From the NCBI GenBank assembly GCA_964607485.1, contig CAZSKP010000016.1, positions 1-64,000 on the forward strand: 64,000 nucleotides of DNA. The letters run 5' to 3'. The position numbers and the translations under genes are program-made. Under the pieces are notes generated by a model. That model was not told the DNA's origin. It made no database searches and saw nothing but the letters and a program-made list of their open reading frames with translations. This document shows, piece by piece, positions 1 to 8,407 of the stretch. How positions within the stretch are numbered: position 1 is the first letter of the stretch; every line of letters starts with the position of its first letter. The DNA is from an uncultured bacterium. Its GTDB lineage: Bacteria > Abyssobacteria > SURF-5.

Positions 1-601
1 GGAGAACTACGAGGTGGGCCTGAGAAAGAGATTCCGCGATTTGTTCGACGCACAGCTCACGTATTTCATAATGAACGTTGACGGCGAAATCCTGTTCGAT
101 CCGACCGTCGGACCGTTCGGCACGAACGTGAACAGGGACACCAGGCGCGAGGGCGTCGAGCTTTCGGTCACGGGCAAAATCGGCGAGAGGACCGGCTGGT
201 TCGCGAACTATACGTACACTGACGCGACGTTCGATGCCGGCGTCAACAAGGGCAACACCATTCCTTTGGTTCCGAAGAACAGGTTCAGCGCCGGCGTGAA
301 TATCAAGCTGTCGGAAGAGTTCACGTTTTATTTCGACGGGCTGTTCGTGGACGAACAGGTTTTCCAGGGCGATGAGGCCAACGCGTTTGACAAGCTGGAC
401 GATTACGTGGTCTTCAACGCGAAGCTCACCTTCGAGAAGGGCGACTTCACGGCGTACGTCGCTGTCAGGAACTTGTTCGACCGCGACTATGAGACGCGTG
501 GTATAATAGCAACGGACCCGTTTGCGGGATTCGCGCAGGTGCCGTTCTTCACGCCTGCGCCGCCCGCGACCGTCACCGTGGGAGCGAGCTATACGTTCTG
601 A
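1..601 (+). CDS. TonB-dependent receptor, C-terminal part (runs off window start)
   Basis: Beta-barrel strand pattern, NLFDRDY motif, C-terminal aromatic Phe (ASYTF); frame open from position 2; directly upstream of exbBD-tonB. Confidence 0.92.
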   Translation, partial: ENYEVGLRKRFRDLFDAQLTYFIMNVDGEILFDPTVGPFGTNVNRDTRREGVELSVTGKIGERTGWFANYTYTDATFDAGVNKGNTIPLVPKNRFSAGVNIKLSEEFTFYFDGLFVDEQVFQGDEANAFDKLDDYVVFNAKLTFEKGDFTAYVAVRNLFDRDYETRGIIATDPFAGFAQVPFFTPAPPATVTVGASYTF

Positions 602-659
602 GCGCGAGACGGAAATTCGCGCGCGTGAAGGTCCGCCGACGAAGAATGCGAGGAAACAG

Positions 660-1292
660 ATGTTTGATTTTTTCATAAAGGGTGGGCCGGTCATGTACCC
701 GCTGCTCTTGTGTTCGCTCGCCGCGCTCACGGTGATAATCGAGCGGATGATATTCTGGATGCGCGAGCGCCGCAACCGCAATCAGAAGCTCGTCGCCGAC
801 ATCCTCGAGCTCGCCGAGCGGGACGATTACAACGAGGCCGCCCGCGCGGGAAGTGGGTCGAGCGATTACGTCGCACGCATATTGGTGTGCGGGATCGTTC
901 ACAGAAACTTTTCGCTCAACAGCGCGCTCGAGATGGCCGCGGCCTCCGAAATAAAGCGGATGAAACGCTTCATGAACGTACTCGACACGATGGTCACGGT
1001 CTCGCCTCTTTTGGGAATATTCGGGACCGTCACCGGCATCATTCGCTCGTTCGAGGCGATGGGAATCTCGGGCGCCCAGAATCCCATCGCCGTCTCGGGC
1101 GGAATAGCCGAGGCGCTGATCACGACGGCGACGGGCCTGTCGATTGCCATCCCCTCGCTCGCATTCTTCAATTATTTCAACTCGAAGATAGAAGACGCAC
1201 TGCACGAGATAGAAACGTACAGCACAAGCCTCGAAATAGTGTACGAAAAGAACAAGACCAACGATGGACCTGAGCGACAAGGCACCCAATAA
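660..1292 (+). CDS. exbB: MotA/TolQ/ExbB proton channel protein
   Basis: GGPVMYPL start, SPLLGIFGTVTGII and GGIAEALITTATGL motifs; ATG 660 after AGGA. Confidence 0.93.
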   Translation: MFDFFIKGGPVMYPLLLCSLAALTVIIERMIFWMRERRNRNQKLVADILELAERDDYNEAARAGSGSSDYVARILVCGIVHRNFSLNSALEMAAASEIKRMKRFMNVLDTMVTVSPLLGIFGTVTGIIRSFEAMGISGAQNPIAVSGGIAEALITTATGLSIAIPSLAFFNYFNSKIEDALHEIETYSTSLEIVYEKNKTNDGPERQGTQ

Positions 1293-1683
1293 GCGGGCGC
1301 GCATCGAGATAGTCCCGCTCATCGACTGCATGTTTCTGCTGCTGGTGTTCTTCGTGTACTCGATGATGACGCTCACACAGCCGCACGCGATTCCCGTCAA
1401 CCTTCCCACAGCCTCAACGGCGCAGGCGGTCAAGGAAGAATTCCTGTCTATCTCCATCACGGACGCGGACGAGATTTATCTCGACAAGGAGGAGGTCGGC
1501 CTGGAAACGCTGGCTGCGCGCGTCGAGGCCGCCCGTTCGGCCGATCCTTCGCTTCGAGTGTTCATCAACGGCGACACGGATGCGCGCCACGGTGTTGTGG
1601 TGAAGGTGCTCGACATCCTTCGCACCCTGTCGGTGGAACACGTCGCAATCCAGACTGCTCCGGCAGAAGTCGATAGAAAATGA
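1264..1683 (+). CDS. exbD: Biopolymer transporter ExbD/TolR
   Basis: IEIVPLIDCMFLLLVFF, VNLP and INGD motifs. Confidence 0.93.
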   Translation: MDLSDKAPNKRARIEIVPLIDCMFLLLVFFVYSMMTLTQPHAIPVNLPTASTAQAVKEEFLSISITDADEIYLDKEEVGLETLAARVEAARSADPSLRVFINGDTDARHGVVVKVLDILRTLSVEHVAIQTAPAEVDRK

Positions 1684-2456
1684 AGGACCGAACGCTCCTG
1701 TTATCCGCGCTCATCGCATGCTGCATCCACGCGCTGCTCCTGCTCATCGACTTTGGCGTGCCGCGCCCAACCCTCGCCAGCGCGGTTCCTTCGATTGAGG
1801 TGACACTGGTCGGCCCGCCCCAGCCGGCGCTTCCGCCGGCGTCCGAGCCTGCGCCGCCTCCCAAGCCCGTCCCGAAAAAAGCACCGGAGGCGGAAGTAAA
1901 GGTTGAGAGGAAGCCCGCAGTGGCGCCCAAGCCGAAACCTCTCCCCGAGCCGGAGCCCATCCCCGAACCCGAGCCGATTCCAGAGGTCGAGATGCAGGTA
2001 GAACCTGTGGAAGAGGAGGCAGTCGAAGAAGTTCAGCCTTCGGTTGAGCCCGCCCCGTCCGAACCGGTTGTGGAAGAATCCGTCGAGGTCGCCACGGTTC
2101 CGTTAGCGGAGGGCGGCGTCTCAGGTGACGCCGTCGAGCAACCGCGAGCAAGCGCGCGGACGGAATTTCAGGAGGCAACAGTGGACGGGCCGCCCGCCTA
2201 CGTGTATAATCCAAAGCCGGCATATCCTCGGCAGGCGCGCCTTCGTGGCCAGGAGGGCACGGTGCTGCTGCTCGTCGAGGTACTCCCCAGCGGACGCGTC
2301 GGCGAAATCACCGTCGAGAAGTCTTCGGGCTATGAGCTGCTTGACGAAGCCGCAGTCAAGGCCGTTCGCAGATGGAGGTTCCAACCCGCGAGGAGGAGAA
2401 TTGGATCCGTGCGGGCATGGGCGAGGGTTCCGGTCGAATTCTCACTGAAAGATTGA
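1680..2456 (+). CDS. tonB: Energy transducer TonB
   Basis: N-terminal TM with His, Pro/Glu-rich linker, C-terminal PAYPRQAR..GQEGTV..SSG..LDEAA..WRF domain. Confidence 0.93.
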   Translation: MKDRTLLLSALIACCIHALLLLIDFGVPRPTLASAVPSIEVTLVGPPQPALPPASEPAPPPKPVPKKAPEAEVKVERKPAVAPKPKPLPEPEPIPEPEPIPEVEMQVEPVEEEAVEEVQPSVEPAPSEPVVEESVEVATVPLAEGGVSGDAVEQPRASARTEFQEATVDGPPAYVYNPKPAYPRQARLRGQEGTVLLLVEVLPSGRVGEITVEKSSGYELLDEAAVKAVRRWRFQPARRRIGSVRAWARVPVEFSLKD

Positions 2457-2459
2457 CGA

Positions 2460-3704
2460 ATGTCAACATGGGGAAGCCTCGAAGAACTGGCGAGCGCGGT
2501 CATTCTGGGCGTCATTTTGCTGGCAGCGCTGGTTCAGATCACGCAGCGCCGCAAGACGCTGGCGCATCCGGAGCCGATGCGGGGTTTCGGATGGTTGGCA
2601 GACATATTTCGGGAAGACCTGCAGATAATCCGCCGCTGCCCGTGGCTGTTCCTCGTGCCGCTCGCGGCGACTCTTGTCGGATTCGGAGAATCCCTCGCGA
2701 TCAATCATCTGTCTCTCAGGCGGCACCCCGAACTCCTTGAGCATCTGAGAGACCTGCCCAGTGGGTTCGGCAATTTCTTGAGCATGTTGCGGCATATCAT
2801 TCTGTTACGCTATCTGGAAATCGCGGGCAGATTGAGCAGGGCCATATTCGTGAACCTCTATTCGTCCACCGTGATGATAGCGGTCCTGTTTGGTATCGCC
2901 TGCATCGTTCTGCGTCCTTTTTTCGGAAGGAGCGAAACTCCATGCAGCGGCGTTGGCAAAGGATGGAGAATAGCTCTCGGATTTGTGTCGGGCCTGGCCG
3001 GTCTGTTTCTGCTTACGATGTTTGTCCTTGTGTGGGGCTTCGCATTTGAGCCCAAGCCTGACTCCTTCACGATTAACGCCCTGTTTATATCGATGGGATT
3101 CATATGCTCCCTGCTCTTTTGGAGCTTCATTTACGCGGTCTTCCTGCCGGCGATCGACGCCGCAGTCCGTGACCGGTATCTTTCGTTCGGAAAAGCCGTA
3201 TCGCAGTGGGATGCGAATTTTGTTCCGCTGCTCATCTTTGCCCTCGCCTTGATCGCAATAGAGGCGGTGGCACAATTGTCACTTTACCTGCCGCTGTTTT
3301 CTATCGGTTCCGGAATGCGCGGCGGGCTGTTACAACGCATGGTGAGGTATGAACAGAGTGTCTTGCTTGCGCTGATCTGTTTTGTCCCCGTGGTCATCGT
3401 AGTTCGAGGAGAACGAGCCCGTCGCGCCTTCGACGAATGCATCGGATTCTGGGCTCGACACGCCAAGGAAGCCATTGTGTTCGTCGCCGTGAGCGCGTTC
3501 ATCCTGCTGATTCCGGAGGTATTGCAGGATCTCTCACGCAACCTGCTCCCACGTTTCGGATTCGCCGCGCGCTCGGTGTCGCTCCTCCTTTCTCTTCTGA
3601 AGGCTGCCGTCGGAGTGCTCGTCTTTTGCGGTCTGGTGGTATTCTATGAGAAAATGGAAGGCGTAAGAAAGAATGAGGAGCAAACCGAATTTTCGGATTC
3701 TTGA
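2460..3704 (+). CDS. Hypothetical polytopic membrane protein
   Basis: 414-aa ORF with many hydrophobic segments, 3 nt after tonB. Confidence 0.7.
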   Translation: MSTWGSLEELASAVILGVILLAALVQITQRRKTLAHPEPMRGFGWLADIFREDLQIIRRCPWLFLVPLAATLVGFGESLAINHLSLRRHPELLEHLRDLPSGFGNFLSMLRHIILLRYLEIAGRLSRAIFVNLYSSTVMIAVLFGIACIVLRPFFGRSETPCSGVGKGWRIALGFVSGLAGLFLLTMFVLVWGFAFEPKPDSFTINALFISMGFICSLLFWSFIYAVFLPAIDAAVRDRYLSFGKAVSQWDANFVPLLIFALALIAIEAVAQLSLYLPLFSIGSGMRGGLLQRMVRYEQSVLLALICFVPVVIVVRGERARRAFDECIGFWARHAKEAIVFVAVSAFILLIPEVLQDLSRNLLPRFGFAARSVSLLLSLLKAAVGVLVFCGLVVFYEKMEGVRKNEEQTEFSDS

Positions 3705-4703
3705 ATGATTGAGATGAACGAGCGCGAGCGCTTCATAAAGACGATGCGGTTTGAGAAGCCCGACCGCGTCCCTTACTTCGAGCAGTACATCCGCGACGAC
3801 ACCATCGAGCGATGGCGCAAGGAAGGGCTCCCGCGCGGCGTTGACGTCGAGGAATATTTTCATCTCGACCACCGCGAAGTCCTGCCGCTGAAACTTTCGT
3901 ACAAAGACCTCGACAAACGGTTCAGATACCCCATAGAGAACGAAAGCGACCTGAGCCGATTCCGCAAGTTTCTGGATAAGACCTTGCAAAAATCGTATCC
4001 GCGCAATTGGGAAAGTCTCGTCAAGCGGTATCGAAAGCGCGACTATCCGGTCGGCGTGGGAGCGTGGGAGTCGGGCCTGCTGTTGTTCTGGGGAGTTCGC
4101 GATTCGCCGTCGTTCGAGCGTGTGTGCCTGATGCTGTGCGACAAGCCGGACCTGGCCGACTCGATCATCGAGATTGCAGCCGATTATCTCGTGCAGGGCA
4201 TCGCGCGCGCGCTCGATGAGGTCGAGCTGGATTTCGCCTATTTCACCGAGCCGATTGCGGGCAGCTTCGGGCCGGTCATCTCGCCAGAAATGTTTCGCAG
4301 GTATGCCATCCCGCGATACAAGAGGATAGCGGCGCTCTTGAGGGAACAGGGGATCGATATCATCATCATGCGGTCGTTCGGAAACATCGAGGTGCTGCTG
4401 CCCGACATGGTCGAGGCGGGAATCACAGGTTTATGGATGACCGACACGATTCCATCCAACATGGATTACATGGCTCTGAGAAAAGAATATGGGAAAAAGC
4501 TCGCGCTCATCGGCGGCATCGACGCCAATGTGCTCACGCGCGACGAGGAAGCCATCAGGAAAGAGATTTATGAGAAGGTCCCGCCGCTGCTCGAATCGGG
4601 CGGCTACATTCCCACCATCGACAACCGCGCCCGCGCTCACATCCCCTTCAAAAACTTCGCTTACTACCGCAAGCTCCTCGAAGAAGTCTGCGGCAGCGCC
4701 TGA
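3705..4703 (+). CDS. Uroporphyrinogen decarboxylase (UroD/MtaA-like) family protein
   Basis: MNERERF..PDRVP N-terminus, ISPEMF, GGID, GGYIP motifs. Confidence 0.85.
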   Translation: MIEMNERERFIKTMRFEKPDRVPYFEQYIRDDTIERWRKEGLPRGVDVEEYFHLDHREVLPLKLSYKDLDKRFRYPIENESDLSRFRKFLDKTLQKSYPRNWESLVKRYRKRDYPVGVGAWESGLLLFWGVRDSPSFERVCLMLCDKPDLADSIIEIAADYLVQGIARALDEVELDFAYFTEPIAGSFGPVISPEMFRRYAIPRYKRIAALLREQGIDIIIMRSFGNIEVLLPDMVEAGITGLWMTDTIPSNMDYMALRKEYGKKLALIGGIDANVLTRDEEAIRKEIYEKVPPLLESGGYIPTIDNRARAHIPFKNFAYYRKLLEEVCGSA

Positions 4704-4945
4704 GACACGGTGGGCGACGAATCCATCAAGAGGGTCCCGGCCCACAGAATATCCGCAATCCGAAATTGATGCGCCGATGAACGCGGATATTTTTCACGCA
4801 GAGGCGCCAAGCCGCCAAGAAGTTCTTATCTTTTCGACTTCGCGGCTTGGCATGAGGAATCTCCTTTGCCCTTCCCCATCTTTCCCATTTTCCCCGGCGA
4901 AGCTCCTTCGATAGGCTATCCGCAAACCAATCCGTGTGATTGTGC

Positions 4946-4974
4946 TTGAAAATATTTACTCGCTTTGCTATATT
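4946..4974 (+). promoter_or_regulatory. Putative sigma70 promoter for the AT-rich islet
   Basis: TTGAAA-N17-TATATT with TGn extended -10. Confidence 0.5.
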
Positions 4975-5111
4975 ATCTCTGTGATTTATATTTATGTACG
5001 CAGTGCGGCATGGCAGTAATGGAAGGCTCTAGTGGACGCCAAGTGCGTAGTCGGCGTGAAACTATTATGTCCCAGAGATTCCCTTGACAGAGAGATGAGG
5101 AGGATCGACTG

Positions 5112-5417
5112 ATGGGCAGACGCAAAGCAGGAGCTGGAGAAGCTATCGGCTGTCTGGTCCTGATTAGTGTAATCGTGTGGCTGTTCGCGGAACATCCTAG
5201 GTGGGCATGGGTGGGCGTGGGCGTCATTATTCTCGTCGGCGTCGGCTATCTCTTTGGTGGTGGTCCAGCGTCCTGCCAGCTTTGCGGAGGGGAGTTGAAG
5301 AAGACGAGATACACCTGGGAAATCAAAGGAGAGAAGAAAACTGTTTGCCCGACATGTAATCGTCGTCTCCAAAGCAAGCGGAGCAAGAAAGTCGTAGACG
5401 AACTGTTTGAAAAATGA
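5112..5417 (+). CDS. Small membrane protein with CxxC...CxxC zinc ribbon
   Basis: GAGGAGG RBS, two TM helices, CQLC and CPTC. Confidence 0.7.
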   Translation: MGRRKAGAGEAIGCLVLISVIVWLFAEHPRWAWVGVGVIILVGVGYLFGGGPASCQLCGGELKKTRYTWEIKGEKKTVCPTCNRRLQSKRSKKVVDELFEK

Positions 5418-5582
5418 GGATCGTCTTGAGGTCATCAATTATGGATACGCCTATTAAGAATGCACGACAATTCCCTTCGCAAGCGGGGAGATTCTGAAAT
5501 TCGCTAAGATTCAACGTCGACCGGGTCCTATCGGATCGGCAAGCCCAGCAACATCCTTACAAGGGTGTTGCGAAGGTGTGCG

Positions 5583-6065
5583 ATGAAGGTTTTGAAGCGT
5601 TTTTCCTCCAACTTATTGCCCCTCCTCATTCATGTAATCATGCCTATTGCATTCGGAGGTGCAATCTATCTTCTTTTTAGGGCCAAGTCGATGTTGGTGT
5701 TTCGTTGCATACGCGGTCTTGGGATGGAAACAACTCTAGATACTATTCGCAGTCGATTCACGATAATCTCGACAGGCGAGTTCCCTTGGCTCTTCTATTC
5801 GTTGCCAGATGCCATGTGGGTCTATTCATTGACTGCCTATATGGTCCTCATTTGGAGAGGGAAATTGACAAGAGGAGGCTTCGTGTGGATATCCATTGGG
5901 CCGCTGCTAGCCTTGGGTGCTGAACTCGGTCAGGCATTGGGTTTGGTGGGTGGAACTTACGATATAGCAGATGTAGTTCTCTGCTTGATCGGGACAATCC
6001 TGCCGCTCCTACTATTGTCTCCGAAGAACCAGCGACAATTCCGAAACTGGGGAGAAGTAACATGA
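5583..6065 (+). CDS. Hypothetical membrane protein (LPDAMW...ELGQ...GTYD, VanZ-like tail)
   Basis: Hydrophobic ORF, ATGA overlap with next gene. Confidence 0.7.
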   Translation: MKVLKRFSSNLLPLLIHVIMPIAFGGAIYLLFRAKSMLVFRCIRGLGMETTLDTIRSRFTIISTGEFPWLFYSLPDAMWVYSLTAYMVLIWRGKLTRGGFVWISIGPLLALGAELGQALGLVGGTYDIADVVLCLIGTILPLLLLSPKNQRQFRNWGEVT

Positions 6066-6601
6066 AATCACAAAAAACGCTTCGGCATTTGGCGTCATTC
6101 ATTGGTTTGCTTGTCTTTGTCATGCTGGCGGTTGGTAGTGTGGATGACTCCGCCACATCTTCCAGATCAACACCTCGCGCACCGGCTGCTCCTGCCCCTG
6201 CAATTGGTACCAGAAGCCGCCTTGAGTATGAGATCAAACAAGCACTTCGCACGTCCAATAGAAAAGTGATGCGGGTCTCGGAAATACAGATCGAGGACCA
6301 GACCATATATGTCTGCTTCAGCATTAATGACAATCTCACAGAGGGCTTTATTAAGACAGGCGCAAAAATGGATGTCGAGGACATTCTCAAATCCGTCCAG
6401 AAATCGGGGTACAACTACTCCGAAGTCACTGTGGTAGGCACGTTCTCTATGCAGGACAAGTTCGGTAATTCCAGTGAGGACAAGGTTCTTCAAGCGAGCT
6501 ACAAGCGTTCCACAGTGGATAGGATCAACTGGGCAGGCTTCCTTACAGACAACATGTACGCTGTTGCGGATGATGTATGGCTTCACCCGGCATTCCGGTA
6601 G
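6062..6601 (+). CDS. Hypothetical exported/membrane-anchored protein
   Basis: GGAG RBS, N-terminal hydrophobic helix, low-complexity linker, globular C-terminus. Confidence 0.7.
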   Translation: MKSQKTLRHLASFIGLLVFVMLAVGSVDDSATSSRSTPRAPAAPAPAIGTRSRLEYEIKQALRTSNRKVMRVSEIQIEDQTIYVCFSINDNLTEGFIKTGAKMDVEDILKSVQKSGYNYSEVTVVGTFSMQDKFGNSSEDKVLQASYKRSTVDRINWAGFLTDNMYAVADDVWLHPAFR

Positions 6602-6649
6602 GAGGGAAACCTAGGAACCGGATAGTTACCCGAATTAGAGAACTAAACC

Positions 6650-6922
6650 TCACCCGGCCTTGAGTTCTTCGCGGATTTTCTCCGCCAGGAAGGTCTTCAT
6701 GAGCGACTGATAGGGCACGTCGCGCTTGTTTGCGAGCATTTTCAATTCGGCGAGCATCGACTCGGGCAGCCTGAGCGAGATGGTTTTCACCGACGGCTTG
6801 AGGTTCGGGAGGACTGTCCGTTTTGCTTTGCGCCAATCCACGAATTCGGTCGAGTCACGGTTCGCCCAAAACGCCCGCTCCTTGTCTTCGCTCTTGAACT
6901 TAGGTATCTTCTTCTTCTTCAT
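6650..6922 (-). CDS. brnA: BrnA/CopG-family antitoxin
   Basis: PKFKSE..ERAFW...ISLRL...A.KRDVPYQSL RHH pattern; overlaps toxin end. Confidence 0.88.
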   Translation of the reverse strand: MKKKKIPKFKSEDKERAFWANRDSTEFVDWRKAKRTVLPNLKPSVKTISLRLPESMLAELKMLANKRDVPYQSLMKTFLAEKIREELKAG

Positions 6923-7220
6923 GAGAGAGGTACACGTTCCTTTCCTTGCGGCTCATATCTCTGGCCGAGATGATGCGAATCAAGTTCCCACGCACAGTAA
7001 AAACTATGAACAGAAACCTGCTACGGCTCGTTTGGCCGAGACAGTAATATCGACACTCCTGCTCGGAATGGCCTGTATCTTCCGCAACGATGAGAGGGAG
7101 ATTGAAGAATACCTCCTCGCATTCTTCGGGTGACACATGATGCTTTAGCCAATTCTTTTCCGCATTGTGCTCGTCCCATTCGAACCCTGTGCAACCCCAC
7201 AAGAGATCGTAATGCGCCAT
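6900..7220 (-). CDS. brnT: BrnT-family ribonuclease toxin
   Basis: FEWDE.N..KN..KH.V...E.EEVF, HS..E.R, IRIISAR motifs. Confidence 0.92.
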   Translation of the reverse strand: MAHYDLLWGCTGFEWDEHNAEKNWLKHHVSPEECEEVFFNLPLIVAEDTGHSEQECRYYCLGQTSRSRFLFIVFTVRGNLIRIISARDMSRKERNVYLSHEEEEDT

Positions 7221-7226
7221 AGATTA

Positions 7227-7255
7227 AGTATATATTAGACATATACATTTGTCAA
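7227..7255 (-). promoter_or_regulatory. Sigma70 promoter of brnTA with overlapping inverted repeat
   Basis: TTGACA-N17-TATACT, 6 nt before ATG; GTATAT-N7-ATATAC inverted repeat across spacer and -10. Confidence 0.8.
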
Positions 7256-7339
7256 GCCTCGAAGGGAGTCTGGAGTCTTTAGTCAGGAGTCTAAGGGTTG
7301 GGTAGTTCCGCAAATCTTGACCTCCGGACTTCGAACCTC

Positions 7340-8050
7340 TCAATTGCGCAATTGAACTTGCTTTGTGAAAAGACGTGTCGTCACCTCGTTGCGCTCATCC
7401 ACAACTTTGTATCTGATGTTTACCTCGAGAGCTTTAGCACCGGCGGCGACCATGTCAAACGATTCGACCCCGTTAACGACCGGAACCGGCGTTGCGAACG
7501 ACGGCGTCGCTCCCACGGCGCCGGTTGTCCGGCTGATATTGATTGTATTTCCAAAGCTGTCAACGATGACAATGTCCCCGTCCGCATACGGAGCCGCTGA
7601 AAGGGCGAACGGTGGAGTGTACATGGACAAGTCGTCGGCGTAGTACAACTGGTGTCTCACAAGCTGGCGTATGCCCTCGGGGGAATCGTTCACATAGAAC
7701 AGAACGAGGGATTGAGCGGTCGAGAAACCGCTCCCGTCCACTCCGAAACTTCCGTCGGACTTGCGAGCCGACTCGAGCAGGAGAGCATCCATCGCGGAAG
7801 CCTCGGGAGGCGCGAGTGCCGGATCGACCAAACTGAAATCGGTGCACTCGCGTATGTCGGACGCAATGGTCTCGAGACACTGGTCCGCGCGCCTGAATGC
7901 GTACGTGTTGTAGGACACCCGCTTGTAGGTACTGGTCGTCTGGACAAGCAGGGCCGCCACAATAAGCGTCAGGACACCCAATATTCCTGTCGCTATCGCT
8001 ACTTCGACAAGCGTGAATCCTTTGCAGTTCAGCCGAGTTTGTGAGGGCAC
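7340..8050 (-). CDS. Prepilin-type N-terminal cleavage/methylation domain protein (minor pilin/pseudopilin)
   Basis: KGFTLVEV class III signal then hydrophobic helix; GTG 8050 preferred because the ORF-track start overlaps a sigma54 box. Confidence 0.82.
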   Translation of the reverse strand: MPSQTRLNCKGFTLVEVAIATGILGVLTLIVAALLVQTTSTYKRVSYNTYAFRRADQCLETIASDIRECTDFSLVDPALAPPEASAMDALLLESARKSDGSFGVDGSGFSTAQSLVLFYVNDSPEGIRQLVRHQLYYADDLSMYTPPFALSAAPYADGDIVIVDSFGNTINISRTTGAVGATPSFATPVPVVNGVESFDMVAAGAKALEVNIRYKVVDERNEVTTRLFTKQVQLRN

Positions 8051-8141
8051 AATTATCCCGATCAATCTGCTCCGAAATGGAGCTGGACCCGAGTCCTTGT
8101 CAGCAGGACACACAGCTATGCACCACACCACACACGTAAAG

Positions 8142-8158
8142 AGCACCTTTCATGCCAA
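8142..8158 (-). promoter_or_regulatory. Putative sigma54 (-24/-12) promoter
   Basis: TTGGCATGAAAGGTGCT = GG-N10-GC upstream of pilin-like gene. Confidence 0.6.
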
Positions 8159-8407
8159 AAAGGAGAGAAAACAGCGAGCGACGCGCATCCCGCAAGCTTC
8201 ATAAGAGCTTGTCAATATTAGCATTATGAACAGACATGACCTTCCGCTTCCAAAGCACTATCCTTCTGTTCATGAGAGTGGAAGAGGATAATTCTTATGA
8301 ATCCGAGATAATCAGGCGACGGATTTTGGCAATTGGGTTCTCTTTTTGTCGGCAAATCAGACCGAGGATGCCGCCACGGCAACTGCGGGCACGAGCCTCG
8401 TGCCGTT

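Noticed and set aside
1940-1990. PEPEPI repeat in tonB
   Set aside because: Ordinary Pro-rich periplasm-spanning linker of TonB.
5418-6649. Integron cassette array explanation for the AT-rich islet
   Set aside because: No RYYYAAC...GTTRRRY attC structures seen between genes and no integrase.
7265-7340. Degenerate 7-bp tandem repeat (GGAGTCT x3 plus variants) considered as CRISPR or att site
   Set aside because: Units too short, no spacers, no cas or integrase; at most a decayed simple repeat.
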